Assembly: GCA_903880015.1 (NCBI GenBank)
Contig: CAIRNS010000025.1
Span: 36,621 to 100,620 of the forward strand
Source of the DNA: an uncultured Elusimicrobia bacterium
GTDB taxonomy: Bacteria; Elusimicrobiota; Endomicrobiia; Endomicrobiales; CAIRNS01
Direction of reading: 5' to 3'
Length of the DNA stretch: 64,000 nucleotides
The first letter of the stretch is position 1, and each line of letters opens with the position of its first letter. Made by a program: the position numbers and the translations under genes. Positions 28,137 to 37,460 of the stretch are shown here, piece after piece. The notes under the pieces are model-generated. The model saw only the letters and a program-made list of their open reading frames with translations, searched no databases and was not told the DNA's origin.

Positions 28137-29888
28137 ATGGTAGAGAAATTAAGTCAGGTATTGCACGGGATTGCTGCTTCTCCGGGGATTGCTATCGGTA
28201 AAGTGTACCTCATGGAAGACGATGACTTTGCGTTAGTCCAGCGCGAGATTACTAAAGATGAAACGAAAAAAGAAATAATCCGGTTCAAGGAAGCCCTGGC
28301 AAAAACACGCGCCGATATGTTGGCGACACAGGAAAAGATACTCAAGACGCTGGGCAAGGAGTATGCGCGCTTGGGATCGGCGTACCTTTTGATTTTGGAA
28401 GACCCGCTGATAACCCGCGATGTCGCAAAAAAGATTAGTGAAGGCGTTAACGCCGAATATGCTCTGTACCGCATTATCGAAAACGTGGTCCGCTCGTTTG
28501 AAATGATCGACGATGAGTATTTCCGGGAACGCAAGCACGACATACAGGATGTCGGTAAAAAGATTCTCAGCCATTTGCTCGGCAAGGAAAAACGGTCGCT
28601 GGCCGGGATGGCTGCGCAATCCATCGTTGTTGCTCATAATCTTACTCCTGCCGACACGATACAGATGCGGGAAAATTTAGTACGCGGTTTTGCCACGGAC
28701 ATCGGCGGACGCACATCGCATACCGCCATTGTTGCCCAAAGTTTGGAAATACCCGCGGTGGTTGGGCTCAAGAATGCAACCGCTCAAATGCGGGATGGTG
28801 ACACCATTATTATTGACGGAAACCAGGGGTTGGTTCTGCTTAATCCTCCCCCGGAAATGATTGAAAATTATAAACGGGAACGGGAGATACAACTCGCGCA
28901 GGTGAGGGAGCTGGAAAAACTGCGCGACCTGCCCGCGCAGACGCTTGACGGACACCGGGTGATGATTGTTGCCAACATTGAAAACCCCGATGAGATAAAA
29001 TCGGTGCTCAACCACGGCGCGGAAGGTGTCGGTTTGTACCGCACAGAATTCCTCTATTTCAACCGGACAACCCTTCCGACGGAAGAGGAACATTATGAAA
29101 ACTACCGCCGCGTGGCACAGAAGATGCTGCCGTACAGCGTCATTATTCGGACCATGGATATCGGCGGGGACAAACTCGCTCATTTTGATTTGGAAGGGTT
29201 TGCCGAGGAAAAGAATCCGTTTATGGGGTTGCGAGCCATCCGGTTTTGCTTAAAATACCCCGAAGTATTCAAAACGCAGCTGCGGGGAATATTGCGGGCG
29301 TCCGCAGACGGAAAAATAAAGATAATGTACCCCATGATTTCGGGGGTTGCGGAACTCAAGGCGGCCAATAAAATATTGAACGCGGTTAAAGAGGATTTGC
29401 GCCGTGAAGGCAAACCGTTCGATGAAAAGATTGAAGTCGGTTCGATGATAGAAGTTCCTTCCGCGGCGGTGACCGCCGACCTGATCGCCCGTGAGTGCGA
29501 TTTTCTTTCTATCGGGACCAATGACCTCATTCAATACACCCTTGCGGTTGACCGTATCAATGAGAATGTGGCGCAAATGTATGAGCCGCTGCATCTATCC
29601 ATACTGCGACTCTTGAAAACCATCATTGATGCAGGACATAACGCCGGCAAGTGGGTGGGGATGTGCGGCGAAATGGCCGGGGACCCCAGTTTTATTAAAG
29701 TGCTCCTCGGGATGGGTCTTGACGAGTTCAGCGTGGCGGCGGTCCAGATTCCTAAAATTAAGAAAATTACGCGCTCGTTGACGATGCTTGAGGCAAAAGA
29801 ATTGGTGAGCGATATTTTCTCATCTGACGATAACGAGTCGATTGCTGACAAGATTAAAAAGCATGAGTTTAAAATCACCAAAAAATAA
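28137..29888 (+). CDS. ptsI: PTS enzyme I
   Basis: GIAASPGIAIG, GGRTSHTAI, GVGLYRTEF, E.NPFMGLRAIR, IGTNDLIQY and MCGEMAG. Confidence 0.98.
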   Translation: MVEKLSQVLHGIAASPGIAIGKVYLMEDDDFALVQREITKDETKKEIIRFKEALAKTRADMLATQEKILKTLGKEYARLGSAYLLILEDPLITRDVAKKISEGVNAEYALYRIIENVVRSFEMIDDEYFRERKHDIQDVGKKILSHLLGKEKRSLAGMAAQSIVVAHNLTPADTIQMRENLVRGFATDIGGRTSHTAIVAQSLEIPAVVGLKNATAQMRDGDTIIIDGNQGLVLLNPPPEMIENYKREREIQLAQVRELEKLRDLPAQTLDGHRVMIVANIENPDEIKSVLNHGAEGVGLYRTEFLYFNRTTLPTEEEHYENYRRVAQKMLPYSVIIRTMDIGGDKLAHFDLEGFAEEKNPFMGLRAIRFCLKYPEVFKTQLRGILRASADGKIKIMYPMISGVAELKAANKILNAVKEDLRREGKPFDEKIEVGSMIEVPSAAVTADLIARECDFLSIGTNDLIQYTLAVDRINENVAQMYEPLHLSILRLLKTIIDAGHNAGKWVGMCGEMAGDPSFIKVLLGMGLDEFSVAAVQIPKIKKITRSLTMLEAKELVSDIFSSDDNESIADKIKKHEFKITKK

Positions 29889-29908
29889 TCGGCCATTCGA
29901 GGTATTCA

Positions 29909-31693
29909 TTGGAAATCAGAAATTTCTGTATTATTGCGCATATCGATCACGGCAAAAGCACGCTGGCTGACCGGCTCCTTGAGTTTACCGGTACCATATC
30001 CCTTCGTGAAATGAAGGACCAGATAATGGACGGTATGGAGCTTGAGCGAGAGCGCGGCATCACCATCAAGGCGAAGGCAGTCAGGATGCAGTACACTGAT
30101 CCCGCCGGGACGCAGTATATGCTCAACCTTATCGATACCCCCGGACATGTTGATTTTACCTACGAAGTTTCACGGGCTCTTGCCGCGTGCGAGGGGGCTC
30201 TTCTGGTGGTTGATGCGTCCCAGGGTGTCGAAGCGCAGACACTTGCCAATACTTTCCTGGCCCGCCAGGCGAAACTAAAACTGATACCCATTATCAACAA
30301 AGTAGATCTTCCTACGGCCGACGTGGACCACACCTACCAGCAGATCCATGACGGCCTTGAGATCACCGATGAACCGATCCTGGCCAGCGCCAAATCCGGC
30401 ATCGGTATCAAAGATATCATCGAAGCCATTATTCGCGATATACCTCCGCCGACGGGCAGCGCAGCGGACCCGCTTTCGGCGTTGATCTTCGACTCCTCCT
30501 ATGATTCATATCGGGGCGTTATCATAATCTGCCGGGTGTTTGAAGGCGTGATAAAACCGGGTATGAAAATAACGTTCATGTCGTCATTGGCCGAACATGA
30601 AGTGCTGGAAGTCGGTTATATGAAGCTGAAAATGTTCCCGGTCTCTCAGCTTTCGGCGGGAGAGGTCGGTTATATTGTCGCCGGCATCAAAGATATTCAT
30701 GATGTCAAGATCGGCGACACAGTGACGGAAACCGCGCGCCCGACATTGCGCCGCCATCACGGTTACAAGGAAGTTAAGCCGTTCGTCTTTGCCGGGATGT
30801 ACCCGCTTGCTTCTTCGGATTACGATCTGCTGAAGAAATCGTTGGAAAAGCTGCGCCTCTCCGACTCGTCGCTGATGTATATGCCGGAGACATCGGTCGC
30901 GCTGGGTTTCGGGTTCCGCTGTGGATTCCTCGGATCGCTGCACCTTGAGATCGTCAAGGAGCGTCTGCTGCGCGAATTCGACCTGGAACTGTTGATAACC
31001 TCGCCCAACGTCATCTACCGGGTAACTACGATCAAATCGGTGACTGAGATCGATAACCCTGCTCGATTTCCTGACTATGGCGACATTATCCAGATAGAAG
31101 AACCCTATGTGCTCGCGACCATTATCTGCCCGGTGGAGTATCTCGGTCCCGTGCTTGATCTATGCCAGAAACGCCGCGGGACGCAGGTAGAACTGAAATA
31201 TCTTGATCCAAAGGTTGTTATCTTAAAATATGAGTTGCCGCTGGCTGAGATCATCGTCGGGTATTACGATTCGCTGAAATCTGTCTCCAAAGGCTACGCT
31301 TCGTTCGACTACGAGCATATCGGCCTGCGGCCCGGCGACCTGGTGCGCCTTGAAATACTGGTCAATAATGATGTCGTTGATGCGTTCTCGGTCATCACGC
31401 ACAAGGATAAAGCTCAAACGATGGCTCATTTCCTGACGGAAAAACTCAGGGAGATCATCCCGCGCCAGATGTTCCAGATCCCGATCCAGGCTCGGGTGAA
31501 CAACAAGATCATTGCCCGGGAGAACATCGCCGCGCTGCGCAAGGATGTTCTCGCGAAATGCTACGGAGGCGATATCTCGCGCAAACGCAAACTTTTGGAA
31601 AAGCAAAAAGAAGGCAAGAAACGCATGCGCACGTTCGGCCGGGTTGAAATACCTCCCGAAGCTTTCATTGCCATGCTGAAAATTAACGATTGA
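29909..31693 (+). CDS. lepA: Translation elongation factor 4
   Basis: RNFCIIAHIDHGKSTLADR, DTPGHVDF, GFRCGFLG.LH and KCYGGD.SRKRKLLEKQKEGK; TTG start. Confidence 0.98.
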   Translation: MEIRNFCIIAHIDHGKSTLADRLLEFTGTISLREMKDQIMDGMELERERGITIKAKAVRMQYTDPAGTQYMLNLIDTPGHVDFTYEVSRALAACEGALLVVDASQGVEAQTLANTFLARQAKLKLIPIINKVDLPTADVDHTYQQIHDGLEITDEPILASAKSGIGIKDIIEAIIRDIPPPTGSAADPLSALIFDSSYDSYRGVIIICRVFEGVIKPGMKITFMSSLAEHEVLEVGYMKLKMFPVSQLSAGEVGYIVAGIKDIHDVKIGDTVTETARPTLRRHHGYKEVKPFVFAGMYPLASSDYDLLKKSLEKLRLSDSSLMYMPETSVALGFGFRCGFLGSLHLEIVKERLLREFDLELLITSPNVIYRVTTIKSVTEIDNPARFPDYGDIIQIEEPYVLATIICPVEYLGPVLDLCQKRRGTQVELKYLDPKVVILKYELPLAEIIVGYYDSLKSVSKGYASFDYEHIGLRPGDLVRLEILVNNDVVDAFSVITHKDKAQTMAHFLTEKLREIIPRQMFQIPIQARVNNKIIARENIAALRKDVLAKCYGGDISRKRKLLEKQKEGKKRMRTFGRVEIPPEAFIAMLKIND

Positions 31694-31701
31694 TCATATG
31701 G

Positions 31702-31741
31702 CCCCTTTGGTGAAAAGTGGTGGGGATAATCTTAACCTTCC
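31702..31741. repeat. Decayed copy of the CCCCCTTT-N3-AAAGGGGG element
   Basis: CCCCTTTGGTGAAAAGTGGTGGGGATAATCTTAACCTTCC aligns by eye with CCCCCTTTGTCAAAGGGGGAGAAGATTTAACTTCC at 9344-9378. Confidence 0.45.
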
Positions 31742-31797
31742 ACCCGAAAAAAAAGACGGATTAGGGTGTAAGAAAAAACAGTTACCCTGAAAGGTAT

Positions 31798-32580
31798 ATG
31801 TCAATGGAATTAAAATTGCTCGTAGCCGGTATTATTTTATTTTTTGTGGCAAAGATTATGAAAAAGCTTCAGCCGCGTATGGAGGCGACTAAGGCAAAAA
31901 ATATATATAACGAGCTCTATGACTGGATTGAAACCGGCTGGTCGGCTGTTCTGCTGGCGGCGGTTCTTATGTATTTCGTTATACAGGCCTTTAAAATACC
32001 TTCCGGCAGTATGCGCGTAACTTTTTTAGAAGGCGATCATTTGTTCGTCAATAAGTTTATATACGGCCTGCATAATCCGATGGGCAACGGACAGCGATTT
32101 TTTTCTCTGCGACAGGTGCAGCGGGGCGATATAGTTGTTTTCCGCTGTCCGCCGTCAGCATTGTCAATGGCTGAACGCGAAGACGGCGTGAATAAGGATT
32201 TCATCAAACGCTGCGTTGCACTCGGCGGCGACATGGTCGAAATAAAAAACAAACAATTATATATCAATAATCAATTGATGGTAGAACCGCTGGCAAAGTT
32301 CGTTGACCCTGAAATCTATCCTCCCGTCAAAATATTCCCCACGCAGGAAAAATACCAGAGTGATTGGGAGTCCGGCCGGTTCAACGAGTTTTCTCCCGCG
32401 GCCTTGCGGGATAATTTCGGCCCAGTCATCGTCCCTCCCGGCTCTTATTTTGTTATGGGTGACAACCGCGACAAATCATATGACTCACGCTATTGGGGCC
32501 CCCTGCCCGATAAACTCCTCAAAGGCAGAGCACTATTTCTCTATTGGCCCCTCAATAGAATACGCATTATTCATAGTTAA
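31798..32580 (+). CDS. lepB: Signal peptidase I
   Basis: FKIPSGSM (catalytic Ser), DFIKRC (catalytic Lys) and GDNRD.S.DSRYWG; follows lepA. Confidence 0.96.
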   Translation: MSMELKLLVAGIILFFVAKIMKKLQPRMEATKAKNIYNELYDWIETGWSAVLLAAVLMYFVIQAFKIPSGSMRVTFLEGDHLFVNKFIYGLHNPMGNGQRFFSLRQVQRGDIVVFRCPPSALSMAEREDGVNKDFIKRCVALGGDMVEIKNKQLYINNQLMVEPLAKFVDPEIYPPVKIFPTQEKYQSDWESGRFNEFSPAALRDNFGPVIVPPGSYFVMGDNRDKSYDSRYWGPLPDKLLKGRALFLYWPLNRIRIIHS

Positions 32581-32595
32581 TTCTTTACTGTTGTT

Positions 32596-32620
32596 GTAGG
32601 GGCGGGCCTCGCGTCCGCCC
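32596..32620 (+). repeat. GTAG-class REP element
   Basis: GTAG tetranucleotide followed by the hairpin GGGCGG-GCCTCGCGT-CCGCCC, 16 bp after the lepB stop. Confidence 0.7.
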
Positions 32621-32743
32621 GCAAATCTCAGGTTTATGTATGTTTTTGATGTACTGCGCGACCCAATATGCCCCACCGCAACATGGTCCCATACGAAAAT
32701 AATCTGGTGGTAAACACCAGAATCTAATGTCGGGAGTTCATAC

Positions 32744-34996
32744 ATGGACGGCGCACTTTTTGTCATAAATAGTATCCAAAAGGATGTCGAACAATCGGTA
32801 GACGCAGTTGTCAATACCGTCATGCTCTTGGAAAGCGGCGCGACAATCCCCTTTATTGCCCGTTATCGCAAAGAAAAGACCGGCAATCTCGATGAAACCG
32901 TTGTCCGCAAAATTTCCGACCGCCTGGAATTTTATAAAGAGCTCGAAGCGCGCAAAGCGACGATTATGAAAAGCATCGAGAATCAGAAAAAAATGACGCC
33001 TGATTTGAAAAAAAGAATCCTCGACACAACCGACGCGACTGTTTTGGAAGACATGTACCTTCCGTATAAAATCAAGGTTAAAACCAGGGCAACAGCGGCA
33101 AAAGAGAAGGGTTTGGAAGGACTTGCTGATATACTGCTGACTCAGCTTGCATCCAATACAGTTGTTAAGGACGCGTTGGTCGCTCCGTTTGTCGTCGTTG
33201 ACAAAGGAGTTGCCTCATATGATGAAGCTATCGCCGGGGCGCAGGATATCGTCGCTGAGCGCATCGCCGACAATGCCGCCATTCGTGGCTGGGTTCGCTC
33301 GTATACTGCCGATACCGGTGTTCTTAAGTCGGCGCCGCGAAAGGATTTTAAGGATATTAAAACAAAGTTCAGTACCTATTACGAGACATCGGAACTCATC
33401 AAATCAGCCCCTTCGCATCGCCTGCTTGCCGTACGGCGCGGTACCAAAGAGGAAGTGCTCTCCTGGAAAATCGTTCTTGACGACGATTACATAACCGGCC
33501 GCATCCAATCGTCAATTATCGGTGATAAAAATTTGCTTTTCAAGAAGGAAGTACTCGCCGCTGCTGCGGACAGCTATTACCGCCTGATGGCAGTGTCTAT
33601 TCAGGCCGAAGTTTTTGTGCAGGCACAGCAGAAGGCCGAAGAGGAAGCGATTAGCGTATTCTCAAAAAATCTGAGAAATCTTCTCTTGTCCCCGGCTGCG
33701 GGATCAAAAATAACCATCGGGATTGATCCTGGCTTCCGTACGGGCTGCAAAATAGCCGTGGTGGATGAAAAGGGCGATTTCAAGGAATTCAGCACCATAT
33801 ATCCGACGCCTCCGGAAAATGATACGCATGGTTCCGCAGCGGTTCTTTTGGACCTGATTGCCGAATATGAACCGGGGCTTATTGCCATCGGTAACGGCAC
33901 GGCTTCAAAGGAAACGTATGGATTCGTCAAGGAGCTGCTGCGCAAGAACACGCTGAACATACCGGTTGTCATGGTCAGTGAAGCCGGCGCGTCGGTGTAT
34001 TCCGCGTCTGAACTGGCAGGCAAAGAATATCCTGATCTTGACTTAACCGCGCGGGGCGCCATCAGTATCGCTCATCGTCTGCAGGATCCCCTTGCCGAAC
34101 TCGTCAAGATTGATCCGAAAGCAATCGGTGTAGGTCAATACCAGCACGATGTTAATCAGCGGGAGTTAAAACGGTCTCTTGATTTGACCGTAGAGTCGTG
34201 TGTAAATTATGTCGGAGTCGACTTAAATACCGCTTCAGTGGCGTTGCTCAGCTATGTGTCCGGTATCGGCCCGGCAATCGCTGACAATATAGTCAAATAC
34301 CGCAGTGAAAATGGAAAATTCAAAAGCCGCAGCGAACTCAAGAAAATCCCCAAGCTGGGCGATAAGGCCTTCGAGCAATGTGCGGGATTTCTCAGAATCA
34401 GGGTCGCCGAGAACCCCTTAGACAATTCAACGATTCATCCGGAATCATATTGTGTGGTAGAGAAGATGGCGCAGGCAATGAATGTTTCCGTCAAAGAATT
34501 GATGGGCAATCAAAAAATTATTGACACGCTTGATCCGTCATCTTTTGTAAATGCTGTGTTCGGTTTGTTGACCGTTAAGGATATTATCGCGGAGCTCAAA
34601 AAGCCGGGCACCGATCCGCGCGAACAGTTTTCAAATGTTGAATTTTCGACGCAGATTAACGAAATCAGTGATGTTATTGCCGGTATGGTTTTGACGGGCG
34701 TGGTCACCAATGTGACCAATTTTGGCGCATTTGTCGATATCGGCGTGCATCAGGACGGGTTGGTGCACATCTCGCAGTTGGCGGACACCTTTATAAAAAA
34801 TCCGTATGAGGTTATATCGGTCGGCGACACGCTGAAAGTTGAAGTGCTCGAGATAGAGCCTGCTCTCAAACGCATCTCGCTTAAACGATTGTCTGGGGGC
34901 AAGGCGCCTGATGCCAAACCTTCGGGCGGTAAAGCGCGGATGCCGAACAAAAATGTCGACCAGGGCTTTAAGATCGGAAGTATGTTTGAGTCGTGA
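32744..34996 (+). CDS. tex: Tex family RNA-binding transcription accessory protein
   Basis: GATIPFIARYRKEKTG, GIDPGFRTGCK, SEAGASVYSAS, LQDPLAELVKIDPK.IGVGQYQHD, and an S1 domain (FGAFVDIGVHQDGLVH). Confidence 0.97.
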   Translation: MDGALFVINSIQKDVEQSVDAVVNTVMLLESGATIPFIARYRKEKTGNLDETVVRKISDRLEFYKELEARKATIMKSIENQKKMTPDLKKRILDTTDATVLEDMYLPYKIKVKTRATAAKEKGLEGLADILLTQLASNTVVKDALVAPFVVVDKGVASYDEAIAGAQDIVAERIADNAAIRGWVRSYTADTGVLKSAPRKDFKDIKTKFSTYYETSELIKSAPSHRLLAVRRGTKEEVLSWKIVLDDDYITGRIQSSIIGDKNLLFKKEVLAAAADSYYRLMAVSIQAEVFVQAQQKAEEEAISVFSKNLRNLLLSPAAGSKITIGIDPGFRTGCKIAVVDEKGDFKEFSTIYPTPPENDTHGSAAVLLDLIAEYEPGLIAIGNGTASKETYGFVKELLRKNTLNIPVVMVSEAGASVYSASELAGKEYPDLDLTARGAISIAHRLQDPLAELVKIDPKAIGVGQYQHDVNQRELKRSLDLTVESCVNYVGVDLNTASVALLSYVSGIGPAIADNIVKYRSENGKFKSRSELKKIPKLGDKAFEQCAGFLRIRVAENPLDNSTIHPESYCVVEKMAQAMNVSVKELMGNQKIIDTLDPSSFVNAVFGLLTVKDIIAELKKPGTDPREQFSNVEFSTQINEISDVIAGMVLTGVVTNVTNFGAFVDIGVHQDGLVHISQLADTFIKNPYEVISVGDTLKVEVLEIEPALKRISLKRLSGGKAPDAKPSGGKARMPNKNVDQGFKIGSMFES

Positions 34997-35025
34997 AAGT
35001 TGTGTATGAAATGAAGGAGGTATAG

Positions 35026-35439
35026 ATGGATTTTTTCCCGTGGATTATTGGTGCTGTCATTCTTATTGTTGTTGAACTATTGACGCCGGGCGGGTTCTTT
35101 TTTGCCTGTCTCGGCATCGGCGCGCTGCTGGCGGGGTTGTCGGTTTTGGTGTTGCCGGTGTGGACATCATGGATAGTTTTTTTCGTTATAAGCGTTGCAG
35201 CGCTTTATTCGATTCGTCCAATGGCGCGGAAACTGTTTGCCTCTACGCCAAAGAAATCAAATGTTGACGCGCTGGTGGGACAAAAAGCGTGGGTGACCGA
35301 ACCGATTGCACCGCCTGAACTCGGCATGGTGAAGGTTGACGGCGAGATATGGCGCAGTGAAGCGGGAGAGCCGATACCCAAAAATACCTGGGTTGTAGTT
35401 GTTGCGGTTAAGGGTACACGGCTGGAAGTTAAAAAGTAA
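35026..35439 (+). CDS. NfeD family membrane protein (short form)
   Basis: Hydrophobic N-terminus with ELLTPG; OB-fold LVGQ...V...I....G.VKVDGE.W; SD GGAGG. Confidence 0.9.
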   Translation: MDFFPWIIGAVILIVVELLTPGGFFFACLGIGALLAGLSVLVLPVWTSWIVFFVISVAALYSIRPMARKLFASTPKKSNVDALVGQKAWVTEPIAPPELGMVKVDGEIWRSEAGEPIPKNTWVVVVAVKGTRLEVKK

Positions 35440-35466
35440 ACTTCTAATTTATAAAAGGAGATTATT

Positions 35467-36342
35467 ATGCCTGCAGGATTAATTTTAGTAGTCGTTGTTT
35501 TTCTCTTTATCTATGTGTCTCGTTCGCTCCGTGTCATTCAACAGTATGAAAAAGGACTGGTGGAAACTCTGGGGCAGTACACTAAGACCGTGGAACCGGG
35601 GCTGACTATTATCTTTCCGCCGTTTCAGAATGTCAGAAAAGTCGATATGCGCGAGCAGGTGATGGATGTCGCGCCGCAGGATGTTATTACCAAAGACAAT
35701 GTTATGGTTACCGTGGATGCGGTTATCTATTTTCAGATTACCGATCCGGGAAAAGTCGTTTATAATGTCGCCAATTTCTCCATGGCGGCTTTGAAGCTTG
35801 CTCAGACGAATCTGCGCAATGTCATCGGCGATATGGAGCTCGACAGCACATTGACTTCCCGTGAAAAAATCAATGTTCAGCTTCGTCTTGTCATGGATGA
35901 AGCGACTGACAAGTGGGGCGTAAAAGTTACGCGGGTTGAAATTCAGAAGATTGATCCTCCGCGCGATATCACTGACGCGATGTCAAAGCAGATGAAAGCG
36001 GAACGCGAAAAACGCGCCAACATCCTCGAGGCAGAAGGGTTCCGCCAGGCGGCGATTCTCAAGGCCGAAGGGGCTAAGCAGTCGGCCATTCTGGAAGCCG
36101 AGGGAAAATCTGAAGCGATCCGCCGCGTTGCAGATGCCGAGAAATATCAAATTGAAATCGTTTACACCGCCATTCATTGCGGCAAGCCGACCAACGACCT
36201 GCTTGCCATTAAATACATGGAAACGCTTGAAAAGATAGCCAACGGCCAGGCGACAAAAATATTCTTGCCGCTTGAGACGACAGGTGTTACCGCATCAATC
36301 GGCGGGATAGCTGAACTCTTTAAGGATAAAAAGGGGAGTTGA
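35467..36342 (+). CDS. SPFH/band 7 (QmcA-like) membrane scaffold protein
   Basis: VITKDNV.V.VDAV, LR.VIG.MELD, WGVKVTRVEI and QMKAEREKRA; paired with nfeD. Confidence 0.93.
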   Translation: MPAGLILVVVVFLFIYVSRSLRVIQQYEKGLVETLGQYTKTVEPGLTIIFPPFQNVRKVDMREQVMDVAPQDVITKDNVMVTVDAVIYFQITDPGKVVYNVANFSMAALKLAQTNLRNVIGDMELDSTLTSREKINVQLRLVMDEATDKWGVKVTRVEIQKIDPPRDITDAMSKQMKAEREKRANILEAEGFRQAAILKAEGAKQSAILEAEGKSEAIRRVADAEKYQIEIVYTAIHCGKPTNDLLAIKYMETLEKIANGQATKIFLPLETTGVTASIGGIAELFKDKKGS

Positions 36343-36380
36343 TACACTCAGTCCTTCGGCGTTCATTAATGCCTTCATTT

Positions 36381-37460
36381 ATGACTGGTTTATACATTCA
36401 TATTCCTTTTTGCCGGAAAAAGTGTGTTTACTGCGATTTCTCGTCAGTGCCCTCTGTCACTGGTGTTCCTCAGTCGTATGTTGATGTCCTCGCGGCGGAT
36501 ATGAGACGATATCGGGGTGAGGCAATAGAAACCGTCTATATCGGCGGGGGAACGCCTTCTTTGTTGACTTCAGGACAGATACGGGCAATTGGCGCGCTCA
36601 TCAGCGATACATTCGACACTACTGCTGTCACAGAAATGACCTGCGAAGTTAATCCCGAGTCGGTGACGCTGGAAACTATTGCCGCATTGCGCGATATCGG
36701 TGTCAACCGCATCAGTATGGGGCTTCAATCAACCGACGACGCGGCATTGCGGTGGCTGGGCAGGATTCATACCGCGCATGAGTTCGAGATTGCCTTTCGT
36801 ACGGTCCGGAATGCCGGATGTGATAATATAGGCATTGATCTCATATACGGACTACCTGGCCAAACGGTGGATTCGTGGCGGTCAGTTCTTGAAAAGGCCA
36901 TTGCATTTCACCCGGAACATATGTCGTTGTACGCTTTAACCATCGAACCCGGAACACCGCTTGCCGAGAGAAAAATAATTGTTGATCAGGATATGCAGGC
37001 GGACATGTATGAATGGGCAGGGAAGTTCCTTGCTGCCAACGGGTTTGTGCAGTACGAGATTTCCAACTGGGCGAAACCCGGCTATGAATCACGCCACAAC
37101 CTTATTTATTGGCGCGGCGGCCGCTATATCGGCATCGGCGCCGCCGCCGCATCGTGTGACGGGCGCCGCCGCTGGGTGAACGAACGGGATGGTGCTCAGT
37201 ACACTCGCCTGGTGCAAACCGATAATAATTTTGTCGTCGATGATGAGTGTATAGAAGGCCCGATACGGGATGCGGAGCATCTTATGCTGGGACTGCGTCT
37301 AACGGCGGGGATTCTCGTGACCGATGATATACGCATGCGCCACGGCGGTGCTTTTGACCAATTTATCACGCAAGGTCTCATGGAAATGTCCGGCAACAAT
37401 GTCCGATTGACGCCGCGCGGGATGCTGGTATCCAATCAGGTACTCCGGGAGTTCGTATGA
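36381..37460 (+). CDS. hemW: Radical SAM heme chaperone HemW
   Basis: LYIHIPFCRKKCVYCDF, GGGTPS, YEISNW and HNLIYW (the HNxxYW motif of HemW). ATG 36381 is the likely start. Confidence 0.9.
   Translation: MTGLYIHIPFCRKKCVYCDFSSVPSVTGVPQSYVDVLAADMRRYRGEAIETVYIGGGTPSLLTSGQIRAIGALISDTFDTTAVTEMTCEVNPESVTLETIAALRDIGVNRISMGLQSTDDAALRWLGRIHTAHEFEIAFRTVRNAGCDNIGIDLIYGLPGQTVDSWRSVLEKAIAFHPEHMSLYALTIEPGTPLAERKIIVDQDMQADMYEWAGKFLAANGFVQYEISNWAKPGYESRHNLIYWRGGRYIGIGAAAASCDGRRRWVNERDGAQYTRLVQTDNNFVVDDECIEGPIRDAEHLMLGLRLTAGILVTDDIRMRHGGAFDQFITQGLMEMSGNNVRLTPRGMLVSNQVLREFV

Noticed and set aside
32667-32726. Tiny ORF MPHRNMVPYENNLVVNTRI after the GTAG-REP, as a RAYT remnant or leader peptide
   Set aside because: Only 19 codons, no SD, and no HUH or other transposase motif.
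36381-37460. Coproporphyrinogen III oxidase HemN
   Set aside because: Short length, the HNxxYW motif and the lepA/hrcA context indicate HemW.
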